Origin: Felis catus
Taxonomy: Eukaryota
Assembly (NCBI RefSeq): GCF_018350175.1
Contig: NC_058383.1
Location: 6,326,001-6,390,000 of the forward strand
DNA: 64,000 nucleotides
Direction of reading: 5' to 3'
In this document: piece by piece, positions 53,601 through 64,000 of the stretch
Layout of the letters: every line of letters starts with the position of its first letter
Numbering within the stretch: position 1 is the first letter of the stretch
Translations under genes and position numbers: made by a program
The notes under the pieces: generated by a model
What the model was told of the DNA's origin: nothing
Databases searched by the model: none
What the model saw: the letters and a program-made list of their open reading frames with translations, nothing else

Positions 53601-55009
53601 GTGCCGGCCCGGCCCTGCGCGCGCCCGCGCCGTGCGCCCCCGCGCCTGCGTGCGTGCGCGCGCCCGCGGACACGCCGGGGCGGGGCGCGCTGCGGGGCTA
53701 CGTCGCCGGCCCAGCCTCGGGCGCGCGGGCTCTGGGAGCCGGGGCCCCCGGCTTCCCGCGTCTTCCCGCTGGGAGATGAGCGAAGGCGTTCGGGACTTGG
53801 GAGTCGAGCGCGCCTTGGAGGCCCGCGGAAAGAGGAACCGGGTCCGCCTGGGCCCGCGAGCCGTTACCCTCGGTCTTCGCCACATTCTCCGAGGGAACGG
53901 GTTTGCAGATGCGGACGGAATTGATTTTCCAGGTCTGTGTCTCAAGCCTCGGGGCCCCCGATAGCTATTGAAAAGAGGATTACGTGAAACCGTGGCCTGT
54001 CACTACACCAAGCACCTTGCACAAATAGTCATGCAACACTTTTTTTTGAGCAAAGGGCTTTTAAATAATGCACTTTCAACGGAGAGATTTCTCAAAGACA
54101 CAGTCCCCTAGGTGTGTTCTGTGCAACTAGTGCGCTCTATTGACCCATGACAAAGTCTCCAGAATCGCAGGAAGTGCCATTTATGGCCACGGTAAACAAG
54201 ATGGGAGCGAAGGATAAAGTTGAGAGGTAGATGTTTGTGATTATCCAATCTGCATACAATTCAACCCAACACAAAGGCAGCTTTACAGCCTGCCTTCCGC
54301 TAACACTTCCCCCTATCAGACTTGCACAGTAGGACTAAAAGCTAACATTTCCCCTCCTCCCGAGTGGCAGGGTAGAACTAAATCTCGTTAGGCTTTCTCC
54401 AACAAACTCCTCTCTTTGTTAACCTGTAATGGAGAGGAAATACTATGTTAATAGGAAAAGCTGGGCGTGTTTACCAAATTTGTTTTTGACCAACTACCTA
54501 ATTCTTTGAAAGCCTTTATTTGGTTTGTGTCTTAAGGAAACCAGGCTCTGAGCCATTGCAGCCAGGGAATTTTCCTGGAGTCACAGTTCAGACTAGAGCC
54601 CTCTTTCTAGCGCCCCTTGACATGCCCCCCTGCCTCAGGCTGAGCCCAGTGAGAGGGGAGTGTGTGCTGGGCTGGATTCAAAGCTGCTTCTTGAGCCTCA
54701 GTCATTCAAATAAAAAGACAGGCCTAGATCATTTCTATGGCCCACTTGCAGCTCAAACGTTCAATAATCCTAGCGAAATATCCAAGAATACAAGCTATGT
54801 TTAAGCAACAGAGCAGTAGTCCCAGAATCTAGCAGTTTCTCTGTAGGCGATTGTCACTATGAGTGAGTCCCTGGGGTCTGAATAAATCCTTTTAGAGTCT
54901 CTAATCCTCACCTCCAAGTGATCTGCATTCTTCTTTCAGTCCACCCCAGTATCTCACCCTTCTTTTCATTCCCACATTCAAGAAGTCCCTTCTTTCTCAA
55001 CCAAGCTAA

Positions 55010-55042
<33 letters not shown>

Positions 55043-56137
55043 CTTACCTGAGTGGTGGCCCCTGTTCTAATCCCCAACTGTTCCTGACCTAAAATCCTTC
55101 CATTTCTTAACCTTCCTGTTTTCTCACCTGCCTAGATGTCTGGGCTTTCCTTTTCCTGATCATTTGTTTCCTCAACACCTGAGGCAGGAGGTCACTTCTG
55201 GAGGTTACTGAAAGGCATTTCATTTACTCATTAACAAGTAATTGCTGTTGTCATTTAACCAGCTACACCTAATGGTGTCTTTCAACACAGCCTGCACTAG
55301 TAAGACTTTCCTAACTGGAAGCTAATGTATTATTCATCAGCAAACACCAGCCACCTACTATGTGGTTAGGGACAAGGAATACAAAATAAATAAGTCACAG
55401 CTGTAGCATTTCAGAGGCTCAGTGGACTGGATGAAACAGACAGGAGCAGCTGACAAGGACACAGTGACAGAGGTGTGTACCGAGGGCTAGAACATTGATT
55501 ACAGGACCGTTCTGCCTGGGAGGAGGGAGATGGGAAGATCACAGAAGAGTCCCAGAATACCTTGATCTAGGACCTAAACACAGTGTTCAAGTTCGTCGGG
55601 CAAAGACATTGTAGGCAGAGGGAGGGGCTGGCACAGAGGCATGAAACTAAATGTTTTCTCCAACCGTTCATGGCACAAGGACAGTGACACAGCTGCCGTA
55701 TCTTCTATCCTCACACCTGACTCTATTAAAAGCTGATAAAGATGATAAAAGGTATTGGCCCATGTCAAATTCAACAGCCACAATTTTGGGCTAGGCCTGT
55801 GGGCCAGCCCTTATATGGAACTTCAGGTACCTTGATTTCCTTTGATCGTGTATCAAATTTGTCAAAAAATACTATCTTCTAAAGACATCGGGAACAAATA
55901 GATGGGAAATGCTTAACAATTCTGCTGAGACAGAGATGAAATTTGGTGAGTGTCTTCAAGGATCCTCTTTGCAATGCCTTTACAAACGAGCAGTTTTGAC
56001 CCTGCTTTCTTTGCAGGATTTGGCAGCTCATTTTATTTCTCCCAAATGTATCACTCGCCTTTGTCGGTGTTATTGGGCATTTGAAACGCTTTCCAGTGGG
56101 GGAGGGAAAAAAAAATCTCTCTTTGGATCCAACGATG

Positions 56138-56333
56138 CAGTAGTTCTTAACCTGTCTTTGGAGTCCCAAACCTTTTCAGGGAATCTGGTGGAAATAATGG
56201 ATCCTTTCCCCCAAATTCATGTGTGCAACTCTGCACCAAATTTTACATCCAATTTCAGTGGTTCATGCATGATCTCCTGAAACCAATTTGTGGGCCCTGT
56301 AAGGTCCCACAGCCCCTAGATTAAGAACTCCTA
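56138..56333. mobile_element. hAT-Charlie MITE (Charlie4z-like)
   Basis: Ends cagtagttcttaacct ... agattaagaactccta with internal gaatctggtggaaataatggatcctttcccc. Confidence 0.6.
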
Positions 56334-56489
56334 AAGGAAATGATCAAGCAAATCACACTGGGAATACCCCATATATGGGTGTTGAGGAGCCAATACAGGG
56401 GTAGCCCCTTTTGAAGGCAGCGGGTATTCTTGCTAAAAAGTTTTAATTTCTCTGGAATAAGTGCCCTAGAGCTGTGGCCCACACACACC

Positions 56490-56680
56490 CACACTCTACC
56501 CTGGCTCCACCACGTTACCAATTGGTGCCAGAGGGGGTTCATTAAATTTGCCAAGCCTCACTTTGCTCATCTGTACAATGGAGATAATAATGCCTCTCAC
56601 CCACAGTTATTGTGAGGTTTAAATTAGATGTAGATTTAACAGTCTACTAGAGCAGACACGTGGTAAATGGTAGTTCTGAT
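56490..56680 (+). mobile_element. MIR fragment
   Basis: aagcctcactttgctcatctgtacaatggagataataatgcct...gttattgtgagg. Confidence 0.75.
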
Positions 56681-56874
56681 TAGTACAGGTAAAACACATA
56701 TGCTAATCTTTCCCCCAAACTTGCTAGTACTATTACCCTAGGGAAATTGGGGATATTATGCAAAGGATCCCTGGTGGCTATACCAAATACCCCTTGAGAG
56801 CATACTGCTATACCTGAGCTGGTGCCTCTGTGGCAAGTGGCTAGATCAGACCAGCCTTTAAGGTCTTGGTGTTT

Positions 56875-57080
56875 TCTTTTTTTTTAACACTTATTTCTGA
56901 AAGAGACAGAGCACAAGTGGGGGAGGGGCAGAGAGCGAGGGGGAGACACAGAATCTGAAGCAGGCTCCAGGCTCTGAGTTGTCAGCACAGAGCCCGATGC
57001 GGGGCTTGAACCCATGAACAGTGAGATCATGACCTGAGCTGAAGTCAGATGCTTAACCAACTGAGCCACCCAGGTGCTCC
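56875..57080 (-). mobile_element. CanSINE
   Basis: TSD taaggtctt. Confidence 0.9.
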
Positions 57081-57329
57081 TAAGGTCTTTTCTATATCTA
57101 GGATCTAGGCCTCTTTTGCTTTTCACCTAAACATTAAGTTTTTAAAACAATCAGATATAGAAAATTTATGATTAATTAGCACATTTATTCTTTTATGCAG
57201 TTTCTCTGCATAAAAAGGAGAAGTCTTTAGCATCTTCCTCTAAATTACACCCTAAGCTTAATATTACCAATATGCAGGGTAATATCGTTGGCAGGGTTTA
57301 TTATCATTGGTAGGGTCTTTTTTTTAATA

Positions 57330-58190
57330 CAACTGTTTATTAAAAAAATGTTTGAGATCACTGTAAATTGACATGCAGCTGTAAGAAATAATATGGAGAG
57401 ATCTCTTGTGTACTGTGCCCAGTTTCCCCAATTGTAACATTTTACAAAACTGTAATATAATATCACAACCAAGATATTGACATTGATACAATCCATTAAT
57501 ACTCAGATTTTCCCAGTTTTACCTGGACTGGTGTGTGTGTGTATTAAGTTCTACACAGCTTTAACACCTGTGTAGGTTTCAAGTAACCACCACCACAGTC
57601 AAAATACTGAATAGTTCCAACACCTTCCCATCCTCATGTTGTCCTTTTATACCCACACCTTTTGTCCCACCCCCCAACACCTGGCAACAACTATCCTCCA
57701 TTTCCAAAATTTTGTCAATTCAAAAATGTTACATAAGGGGAATCATATACAATGTAGAATTTTCGAATGGAATTTTCTCACTCAGCATAATGCTGGGAGA
57801 CTCATCCAAGTTGTTACATGTTTCAGTAGTCTGTTCCTTTTTATTACTGAGTTGTATTCCATGGTTTGGATGTATTACCTTTAATACATGGATGTTTAAC
57901 CATTCACCCTTTGGAGGCTAACTCTGGTTTTTGGTTATTACAAATAAACTACTATGAACATTCATGTGCAGGCATTTGTGTGAACATAAGTTTTAATTTC
58001 TCTGGAATACGTGCCCTAGAGTACAATTGCTGTGTCATATGGAAATTACAAGTTTAGTGTTTTAAACTCAAGTGGCTGTAGCATTTTACTTTTCTACAAG
58101 CAATGCTTCTTGGCATCCTTGCCAGCATTTGGCATTGTCACTATTATTCCTCTTAGCCATCCTGATAGGTGTGTAGTTGTGTTTCATGGC
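57330..58190 (-). mobile_element. L1MC-like 3' fragment
   Basis: catgcagctgtaagaaataatatggagagatc...gtgtgaacataagttttaatttctctgg...catccttgccagcatttgg. Confidence 0.8.
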
Positions 58191-58388
58191 TGTGGAATTA
58201 TTTGAGATTTAGATTATTTCCTCAAAAATATGCAGCCAAGGGATTAAGGACAATTCTAGAAAAACATAATTCTAAAGTCTTTCTTTAAAGATCCTAGTTG
58301 AACCCCACAGTCTATGTTCAGAAACAGCTGAGGTCAAAGTGAACATGAGAAAATGAACTGCTATTATACATTTTAAAATGTAGTTTAT

Positions 58389-58610
58389 GGGGCACCTGGG
58401 TGGCTCAGTTGGTTAAGTATCCAGCTTTGGCTCAGGTCATGATCCTGCAGTTTGTGAGTTCGAGCCCCACGTGGGGCTCTGAGCTGACAGCTACGAGCCT
58501 AGAGCCTGCTTTGGATTATGTGTCTCCCTCTCTCTCTGCCCCTCCCCACTCATGCTCACTCGCTCTCTCTCTCTCTCTCTCTCTCAAAAATAAATAAAAC
58601 ATTAAAAAAT
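58389..58610 (+). mobile_element. CanSINE
   Basis: Full SINEC. Confidence 0.9.
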
Positions 58611-58810
58611 TTTTTTCTTAATATAGTTTTGTCTATGGAGTGCTTCCCACTTAAATGAGCAGTGTTTTAAACAATTGACTATCCTAATAAAAGTAGTTAA
58701 GACACTATTAAGAATAAGCTCATTGTAAAAAATTCAGACATGACATTTTTCTCGTAAATAAACAAAGGTGATGTCCAGACTTCTGATCTACTCCTCCTTC
58801 AAAATCTCAT

Positions 58811-59015
58811 GGGGGCTCCTGGGTGGCTCAGTCAGTTAAGTGTCCAACTTTGGCTCAGGTCCTGATCTCACACTTCATGGGTTTGAGCCCCACATTGGGC
58901 TCTGTGCTGACAGCTCGGAGCCTGGAGCCTGCTTTGGATTCTGTGTCTCCCTCTCTTTTTGTCCCTACCCTGCTTGTGCTCTCTTTCTCTCAAAAATAAA
59001 ATAAACATTAAAAAA
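58811..59015 (+). mobile_element. CanSINE
   Basis: TSD aaaatctcatg. Confidence 0.9.
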
Positions 59016-59227
59016 TGGTTTTAAAAATCTCATGATTTCTATTGGTCTAGAAAAATAAATATTCCCTAGGTTTGTTGTATCTCATCTGTAATATATTAAG
59101 CAACAATAACCAGAGAAATCAACAAAACAAAAGGATTCCCAAGTAAGACCCTGAATCATTGTTTATTGGCTAAAAATTGATGCTAGCTTTTGGACAGAAT
59201 TAGAGGAAGCTCCACTATATTCTGAGC

Positions 59228-59406
59228 TATTGGTTCTCAAAAGTATGGTCACCCAAAAAGCAACATTGCCAGGGAACTGTTAGAAATGCAAATTCTCAGG
59301 CACCACCCCAGACTTACTATCAGAAACTCAGACGGTAGGTTCAACAATTCACGGTTGAACCAACCTTGGGGTGATTCTGATGCAGGCTTGGGTTTGAGAA
59401 CCACTG
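59228..59406 (+). mobile_element. MER5A-like hAT-Charlie MITE
   Basis: tggttctcaaa...gttagaaatgcaaattctcagg...ggtgattctgatgca...tttgagaaccactg. Confidence 0.85.
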
Positions 59407-60807
59407 TGAAAGGCAAACAATTACCTTCCTCTTGTCCCAACTCAAGGAAGAGAGCAGTGATGTGCAAAATCCAAAGCAAAGGTATTTGGGCCACAATGTC
59501 AAAAACAACTATATGTTGTTTAAGTTACTATAGGTAACTTAAGCAAAAATGGGATATATTAGAAGAGCTTCAGGGAGGTCACAGAATCCTTGCTAGATTT
59601 TATGATGGAAAATGGGCAGTGATCAACACATCTGAACAGCCAAGGAGATTTTTTTCTTAATCAGAAACAGTATGGCCAGGACGACACCCCTAGAATTAAT
59701 GCTCCCCTAGGAATTAATGCCATCTGTCCTTATGTCTCAAGATTGTAAGCACCAGAAGGCGTTCCCGGTTGGCTAAGTCTAAACCAGGCCCCAAGCCCTG
59801 GCTGCCTGGGGATAGCGAGAAGGGAAGATAAAGCCATTCTTACTTTTGTAGTGGGAAACTGAGCCACCACTTCGTGCCCAAACGATGCATGGGAGGGCTT
59901 TCTCCCTAATAGGAAGGGAACTGAACAACCCCTACATGGCTAATGTCTGCCTCATGAACATGATGGGAGAGGGAGGGCAGCAGACTAATGTTTGATATGA
60001 TTTGATTAAACTGATACCAATAACTTAGAGTTTGGTTTTTGATTCCCCAAGCACACACTGACTCTAAGGTGAAGACAGAAGAAACCTAACGAGAGGAAAG
60101 GCAGAAGGAATTCTATGATTTAAAACAAACTGGAAAATTCACAAATCGCACACTCTTGCACTAATTATTTAAAAAAAAAAAAAAAAGACTTGTAGTATGT
60201 GACGATCATTTACCATGGTCTATGATGGCAAGGAGGTGCCCCAATTCCCTGATCCTCCAGATGCGCTGAAACAGTAACCAAATCCCTGCTCTCTCTGCAT
60301 TCTGCACAGTGTCTGAATCAAACTCATCTTTCTGCCGAGATCCGGCAAGGCTCTAATCTTACCCTGATTGTGCAAAAATAGAAACGAGTACAGATGAATG
60401 TGACAAAGATTCTCCTAGTACCAAGAAAGGGGCGGGAGCTGTGTACCTCATTATTTAAAGGCATTCATGTAAACAAATTAAGTTAATTTGCGGTTCTGGT
60501 TTGTGTGAGGGAGGGATGCTTATATAATTATTAGCTTCTATTCCTGCTTAGTGAACATGATAAAGATTTTTGAGGATAGCTATTTCCAATCCAAGTTCAC
60601 GCTTTCTTCAGTGCCCGTCCATAGAACTGTCCATGTACTTAAAGCAGACTCTTTGTTCATATATCTGTCTCTCTAGACTGCATCAAGCCTCTGTCTGCCC
60701 AGGATCTCCCTGGAGGGATGGGGGAGTGGTGGGGCTTAAGCCATAGAATAGCTCGACGATGCCCATTTTTTCTTCCCAGGAATGATATTTTAGAAAACAC
60801 GGTCTAC

Positions 60808-61023
60808 GGGGCGCCTGGGTAGCGCAGTCGGTTAAGCGTCCGACTTCAGCCAGGTCACGATCTCGCAGTCCGTGAGTTCGAGCCCCGCGTCAGGCTCTGG
60901 GCTGATGGCTCAGAGCCTGGAGCCTGTTTCCGATTCTGTGTCTCCCTCTCTCTCTGCCCCTCCCCCGTTCATGCTCTGTCTCTCTCTGTCCCAAAAATAA
61001 ATAAACGTTGAAAAAAAAAAAAA
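60808..61023 (+). mobile_element. Young SINEC_Fc-type CanSINE
   Basis: CpG-rich, pure A tail, perfect 13-bp TSD aaaacacggtcta. Confidence 0.93.
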
Positions 61024-61183
61024 CACGGTCTAGTCATTTGTATGCACCGATTTATAGTATATGTTCACTTTTCCTCTTTATTGTACTGTAGGATATAAGC
61101 AAACATTTATTAGGAAATTCAGTGTGCCATGCAATGTGCTAATGTGCAAGGAATTTTTTCTGCTATTAGAAACATTTTTGTTG

Positions 61184-61385
61184 GGGGACACGTGGGTGGC
61201 TCAGTCAGTTAAGCATCTGACTTCGGCTCAGGTCATGATCTCATGGTTCATGGGTTCAAGCCCCGCATCAGGCTCTGTGCTGACAGCTTAGAGCCTGGAG
61301 CCTGCTTCAGATTCAGTGTCTCCCTCTCTCTCTTCCCCTCTCCTGCTCATGAGCTGTCTCTCAAAAATAAATAAACATTAAACAA
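61184..61385 (+). mobile_element. CanSINE
   Basis: TSD ttagaaacatttt(t/c)gttg. Confidence 0.9.
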
Positions 61386-61399
61386 TAATTAGAAACATT

Positions 61400-62900
61400 T
61401 TCGTTGTAAAATACAACACACGTATGGAAAAGTGAAACTCCTAGTCACCAGCAGGTAAAGAAACAACATCTCCAGACCCCAGAAGACACTTGCATTCATC
61501 CTCCGGATTACAATCATTCCCAGCCTCCTCTCCAGGTAACCATTCTCCTCTTATAATAATTTCTTTGCTTTTATTCATAGTTTTGTTAATTATGAATCCC
61601 TAAGCATAGTTTTCTTTTGCCTGTTTTTGAACTTTCTATAAATGGAACCATACAGTAGGTGCTATTTTGTGTCTGATTTCTTTCTTTTACTCAACATTGA
61701 GATTCATCCATATTACTGTGTTGTGGATATAGTTCACATGTTTTTATTGTTTGCATAGTATTCTTTGAATACACTTCAATTTATCCATTCATGGGCATTT
61801 GAATGTTCCACTTTGGGGCTATGTAAACATTATGCTAAGCCATATTTTGACTAATATGAACATAATATTAAATAGCATTTCCTGATTACTAATAGGGTGT
61901 TACTTTGGCTATTTGGAACCCCTTTAGCAAAGCGCATATGCAATGTTTTGGTTTCTTTGTTCATTTTTCTGTGGGATTTTCTGCCTTTCTTACTGATTTA
62001 TAGGCATTTGTTGTGTGGCTTGGATATCAGCTGTCACGGTTTTTTTCCCCAATTTTTTTTTATTGTGGCAAAATATACATAATATAAAATTTACCACCTT
62101 AACCACCTTTAATTGTAAAGTCAATGGTATTAGATACATTCATAATGTTGTGCTCCACCACCATCATCCATCTCCAGAACTCATTTCATCTGGTAAAACA
62201 AATTCTGTATCCATTCAACAACTCCCTATTCTCCCTGTTTTCCAGCCCCTGAGCATCACCATTTGACTTTCTGTCTCAGGGAATTGGACAATTCTAGAGA
62301 GACTTCACATAAGTGGAATCATACGATATTTATCTTTTTGGCCTGTTTCACTTCACATAATATCCTTAAGATTAATCCACATTGTAGCGTGCCAGAATCT
62401 TCTCCCTTTTCAAGGCTGAATAATATTCCATGGCATGGAGAGACCACACTTTGCTTATCCATTCATCTGTCGATAAACATCTGGGTAGCTTCCGTGTTTT
62501 AGCTATCGTGAATAATGCTGCTTTGGACACAGGTATACAAATATCGATCTTCAAGACCCTGCTTTCGATTCTTTTGGGTAGATACCCAAAATGGAATTGC
62601 TAGATCGTATGGCAATTCTAATTTTATTTTTTGAAGACTCACCATACTATTTTCCATAATGGCTACACCACTTGACATTCCCACCAGCAGTGCATGAGGG
62701 TTCCAGTTTCTCTACATCCTCACCATCACTTGTTATTTTCTGGTTTTTGATAGTGGCCATCCTCATGGCTGTGAAGTGGTATCTCATTGTGGTTTTGATT
62801 TGCATTTCCCTGATGGCTAATGATATTTATCACCTTTTCATGCGTTTGTTGGCCATTTGTAGGTCTTCTTTGGAAAAATGTCCATTATTGAATCAGGTTG
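61400..62900 (-). mobile_element. L1M 3' fragments (an older piece, plus an L1MA/MB piece from ~62050)
   Basis: aaaatttaccaccttaaccacc...ggtatctcattgtggttttgatttgcatttccctgatggctaa. Confidence 0.85.
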
Positions 62901-64000
62901 TTTGGCAAAGAACTTTTAAAGGTCAAAAAGGTATTTTCCCTGCATTTTGTGGCTCACCTCTGGTAGTGGAGACCATCACATAAGCAAATAATGTATGAAT
63001 GAGGCAGAAGAAAGTCTTCCCTTTCTTGTGGAAACCAATATGCTGTTGGTATCAGTAGACTAGGGCAAGGGTTTGGCTGCTTCACCTGGATGGATGTGGA
63101 AGGAGACTTGCTTGTTGAGTGTTTTTGCCATATACCTTAAGCAGCAAGTTTCTAAAGAGTTTCAAAAATTCACAGTGATTAATTCAGGAGCATCACCAGT
63201 TTAAATTTTATACCCAGGATGTATGATTGGCAACTTTATTTCTCATAAGGCATCCCTAATCCTTAGCTTTTCGAAGGACTCAAGCAGCTTTCTCAACAAG
63301 CCACATCTATTTCTGCTGTGAGTTTTCATCTTAGGTTGTCACTTAGAGGTATAATCAATTTAGACATTGTTGTTTGCTCAGCGAGCAAAGTCTGTGATGT
63401 CTTAACTAAGCACAGGACAGGGCTGCCAAGCCTCTCTCTAATAAGTGAGAGTCTTTGGAATCAAATGGGAATACAGTTTTATTCTAAGGAAAGCACTAGC
63501 AGCAAAGGAGAAAAACTGTACTTACTACGGTTGCATTTGTGAATTATGGTTGGATTCTCATCTCACTGATGAAGATTAAGAGGCTTGTTATGGGATGTAT
63601 CTAACAACATTGGGATATTGTTATCCCAAATAAACTATATTGCATCTGAATGGAATATTTTGATAATAATGGGCTGTTCTTAGGAGGAGAATGCTTCCCA
63701 TGGAAAAAGGGTAGAGCTAAGTATCATTAGAGATGTTTAATGGAACATATCAGTTAATGCCTCCTTCCCCTAAAGGAGTTTCCATGCTCTGAATGCAATC
63801 CTTTGCAGAATAATTCCTATGTAAGCAGGAGGGAAAATGGGGTTTGGGGGATTGGTGCCAACAATCAATGACTTAGGAAAGCTGTGAATGTTCCAGTGCC
63901 TGAAATACAGCAACGGGGTAGCACTAGGTTGTTTCGCCAAAGAGCCATTTCTCTTCTTGTTGGGAAGAATTGGCCTGCAAGTTCAAAAGACAGAGTTGCC

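Larger units (their letters stand above)
51850..53960. promoter_or_regulatory. CpG island / SMURF1 promoter
   Basis: Abrupt rise in GC and CpG content spanning exon 1. GC box GGGGCGGGGC near 53677 and NRF1-like GCGC tracts at 53616-53665. No TATA box seen. Confidence 0.92.

Noticed and set aside
52117..53964. Long Pro/Gly/Arg-rich ORFs (422, 304, 306, 232, 200 and 181 aa) on both strands
   Set aside because: Explained by stop-codon scarcity in the CpG island. Only 53202-53256 matches a real protein, and it ends at a GT donor.
59686..59721. Short tandem duplication cccctag(g)aattaatgc; a similar one in L1 near 28678-28715
   Set aside because: Ordinary slippage duplications inside old repeats.
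99..61291. Recurring short ORFs of the type MAQSVKRPTSAQVMISRFVSSSPASGSVLTAQSLEPASDSVSP
   Set aside because: Translations of dispersed CanSINE copies, not a gene family or an array.
54000..64000. Exons of a neighbouring upstream gene (KPNA7 is the neighbour in human, from memory)
   Set aside because: No recognisable importin-alpha coding sequence found by eye; a TBLASTN search would be needed to exclude it.
1..64000. CRISPR arrays, operons or prokaryotic defence systems
   Set aside because: The sequence is mammalian; there is no regular repeat-spacer structure and no gene-dense region.

Overview
Mammalian genomic DNA from a carnivore, almost certainly a felid, judging by the dense tRNA-derived CanSINE/SINEC_Fc elements. 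The only protein-coding sequence I can support is the 55-nt first coding exon of SMURF1 (HECT E3 ubiquitin ligase; MSNPGTRRNGSSIKIRLT-V) on the minus strand at 53202-53256, inside a CpG island (~51850-53960). Positions 1-53201 are intron 1; I could not find exon 2 in the window. Positions ~53960-64000 are upstream sequence. Both parts are rich in repeats: about 40 CanSINEs, old L1M fragments, MIR/L2, MaLR and ERV1 LTRs, and hAT/TcMar MITEs. Almost all ORF-track entries are artefacts of these repeats or of GC-rich DNA. I see no new multi-gene system. The best second-look items are a full-length U6 snRNA/L1 chimeric retrocopy in a four-level nested insertion, an orphan polyadenylated retro-fragment, a template-switch palindrome beside a G28 run, a 34-bp locally templated copy, a candidate 37-nt frameshifting microexon, and NF-kB and GC-box motifs around the SMURF1 promoter. 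Repeat coordinates and subfamily names were read by eye and are approximate.
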